A stretch of DNA of 64,000 nucleotides, taken from assembly GCA_004431415.1 (NCBI GenBank), contig QPMI01000044.1, positions 186,001 through 250,000 on the forward strand, given 5' to 3'. Both the position numbers and the translations under genes were made by a program. Below, piece after piece: positions 61,769-64,000 of the stretch. A model generated the notes under the pieces. It was not told where the DNA came from, made no database searches, and was given only the letters and a program-made list of their open reading frames with translations. The stretch's first letter is position 1. Each line of letters begins with the position of its first letter. The DNA comes from Cyanophora paradoxa CCMP329 (lineage: Eukaryota > Plantae > Glaucophyta).

Positions 61769-62293
61769 GGGGGCGAGCCCAGATGCGAGAAAGATCACAC
61801 CTGGCGCACTGTAAGCTTGCTCTGAGACGAACTGGAGCTACTGGAGGTCGCCCGCGCTCGAGCCCGGAACCTTCTCAGATGGGGGGCCCTGCACAAACGC
61901 GACGGCCATTTCGCGCAGCTGACGGAGCGAGGGCTGCCATCAAGCACAGAGCTAGAGTGCTTGACTATCTAAACTTTGTCGGAAGCACTTTGAAAATCGT
62001 CGGGCTAGTTTTCGCGCACGCTTTCCTTGACGGCGATCGAGTTTGACCAGACTCTTGGTTTTCGTCGCGGCGGTGCCCGAAGGCGGCCGTTCCTGCTCCA
62101 TATGCGACCTGGAGGCTAGCTGTGACGCTCTCTGCTGCGTGCCGAAGCTGCGGTGCGTGCTGGTCGCGCGCTTCGCCGAGTCGCGTACGTCTACCCCGGG
62201 TGTTTTAACTTTTGTAGGGGAGAATTATTCGAGTCCCAAGTCGAGTCCCAGCCAAGTCGAATTGCGGGGACCGACTTTTTTTCGCGAGCTGTG

Positions 62294-62670
62294 CGCAGCC
62301 CTGGACATCGATCCTGTATGCATTCGAGATTCTGTTTAAGCGATTTATAAGCTCTGCGCATGCGCCTGGCCACGAGAATCTCGCCCGTCCCCACAACAAT
62401 CTCCTCTCAATTTCCTCAGGGCCTCGAGCTCAACTACAGCTAGCTGATTGGCAGATACTCACCAATTCCCCTTATTCCATAATTATATTCTGTCATGGCA
62501 ACTCCACTCAGGACAACTCCCCCATAATTATATTCCCTCTCACTCCCCCTTATCCTATAATTCCAACTGCAGGAACTCCCCTTATCACATAATTATATTC
62601 TCTTAGAACAAATCCGCTCAGGACAACTCCTCCCATAATTATACTCACTCTCGGCAGCCCTCCCCTACCC
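62294..62670 (+). repeat. Continuation of the third 1.41-kb satellite unit after the CACAG element
   Basis: cgcagccctggacatcgatcctg...gagctcaactacagctagctgattggcag matches 44218-44378 and 45616-45782. Confidence 0.88.
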
Positions 62671-62683
62671 TCAGCTCAGCACT

Positions 62684-63790
62684 GCGCCGTGTCTCCAAAA
62701 AAATACCCGCGAAAAAATCAAAAACAAATCAGAAAACAAACCATTCCCAGTAACCCAATCTTGAATATCAGTAAATCTCAGTAAGCCTCAGTAAGAAACA
62801 TTGAATTAATCGAAGTTATATCATAATCTCGATTAATTATATCTTATCGAAGTTATATCTTTTTTATGCGCCGTGTCTCCAAAACAATTCCCAAGAAAAA
62901 CAAACCATTCACAGTAACCCAATTCCAAATCTCACTAAATCTCAGTAAGCCTCAGTAACAAAAATCGAATTAATCGAAGTTATATCTTAAATCTTATTTA
63001 TCGAAGTTATATCATAATCTCGATTAATTATATTTAATCGAAGTTATATCCTTTTTATCCGCCGTGTCTCCCATGAATAACTAAGTAAGTTTAGTTAAAA
63101 CCTCGAAAGAAAAACCTCTCATTTTTTACTGTATTTTTTGAACGATTTTTTACTGTATTTGTTACACTAGAAACAACAATAGAAACGACAATAAAAACAA
63201 TAGAATTTTAATTGTTTTTGAATCGTATATACGTCAATATATCACTGTAATATATATCATATATATCATAGGAAATCGATTTATAGTCAAACCTATAACA
63301 TATCAATTTGTGTATATGTGATATATATTCATATATGACGTCATGATGATGATGTATATGTATCTGATATATATGACACACCGGCTTATTCGGGAGATCA
63401 TGACGATCACGGCGATGTGTATATTGTCATGATGTATATGTATATATGTGTGACGCAATCTGATTGGTGTGCTACTTGTTTTGTTGTATCCCCCTTCAAC
63501 TTCTCCCCAGGTTTATATCACAGATAACATCTCAGATAATACCTCAGATAATACCTCAGATAATACCTCAGATTATACCTAGCTCAGATAATACCTCAGA
63601 TGATATCTCAGATATTAAATGTAATTTTGTTCGATTCCCATTGGACTATGCCACAGAGTAGTATTTACCTCTCTGAGGTATTTACCTTGAGGTATTTATC
63701 TCTCTGAGGTATTTACCTCGAGGTATTTATCTCGCCGAGGTATTTACTGCGAGGTATTTACCGCGAGATATTTACCTCGAGGTATTTATC
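62684..63790. repeat. AT-rich repeat cluster: ~185-bp degenerate units, 12-bp tcagataatacc array, gaggtattta array
   Basis: gccgtgtctcc anchors near 62686, 62870 and 63061; tcagataatacc repeats at ~63520-63615; gaggtattta repeats at ~63660-63790. Confidence 0.8.
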
Positions 63791-64000
63791 ACACGTCTTC
63801 GGTTTTTTCGATTATCGGCATCTTCAAACGCTTGTATCTCATCACCAGATCATCAAATCGCAACGTTCTGCATAGCGTTTTGAAGCGCTATGAAAGCTCT
63901 ACGCAACTATGCTATTTTCTTAGTATTTCAAGCTACCTTATCATACAATATTCTTCAGAAATCGACCTTTTACACACTGATTGTGGTCATTTCTCGCTGA

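Larger units (their letters stand above)
47035..62293. mobile_element. CACAG...CTGTG TIR DNA transposon (CACTA/CMC-like, non-autonomous, ~3.8 kb without the virus), 3-bp TSD
   Basis: 28-bp perfect TIR cacagctcgcgaaaaaaagtcggtcccc at 47035-47062 and 62266-62293. CGC at 47032-34 and 62294-96. Removing it restores the satellite sequence cctccgcagccctgg (compare 44215-44229). Confidence 0.85.

Noticed and set aside
63464-63661. IIPQ-repeat ORF
   Set aside because: By-product of a 12-bp tandem repeat, with a non-ATG start

Overview
GC-rich, intron-dense eukaryotic nuclear DNA, probably from a photosynthetic protist. A plastid fibrillin with an MAFV-type transit peptide suggests a glaucophyte such as Cyanophora (inference). 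Bases 1-22 kb hold three host genes: a giant EML5/6-like protein with at least four HELP/WD40 (TAPE) units, a PAP/fibrillin, and a membrane-anchored class I cyclic-nucleotide phosphodiesterase. Bases 22-64 kb are nested mobile DNA. (i) Several TIR MITEs with matching TSDs. (ii) An 11.7-kb non-LTR retrotransposon (ORF1; APE-RT-RNase H-CCHC) that ends in a Ulp1/SENP-like protease domain, is flanked by a ~1.06-kb direct duplication, and has a chimeric 5' end. (iii) A four-level nest: a ~1.41-kb satellite, containing a CACAG-ended TIR element (3-bp TSD), containing a complete, very small Polinton-like virus, containing a 1.08-kb TRIM-like LTR element that splits the 5' end of the viral polymerase gene. 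The virus spans 50322-61768 (~10.4 kb native) with ~426-bp TIRs and a 6-bp TSD, and encodes MCP, penton, A32 ATPase, rve integrase, pPolB and three small ORFs, with no recognisable protease. No rRNA, tRNA or CRISPR array was seen. All domain calls come from motifs read by eye; no searches were run.
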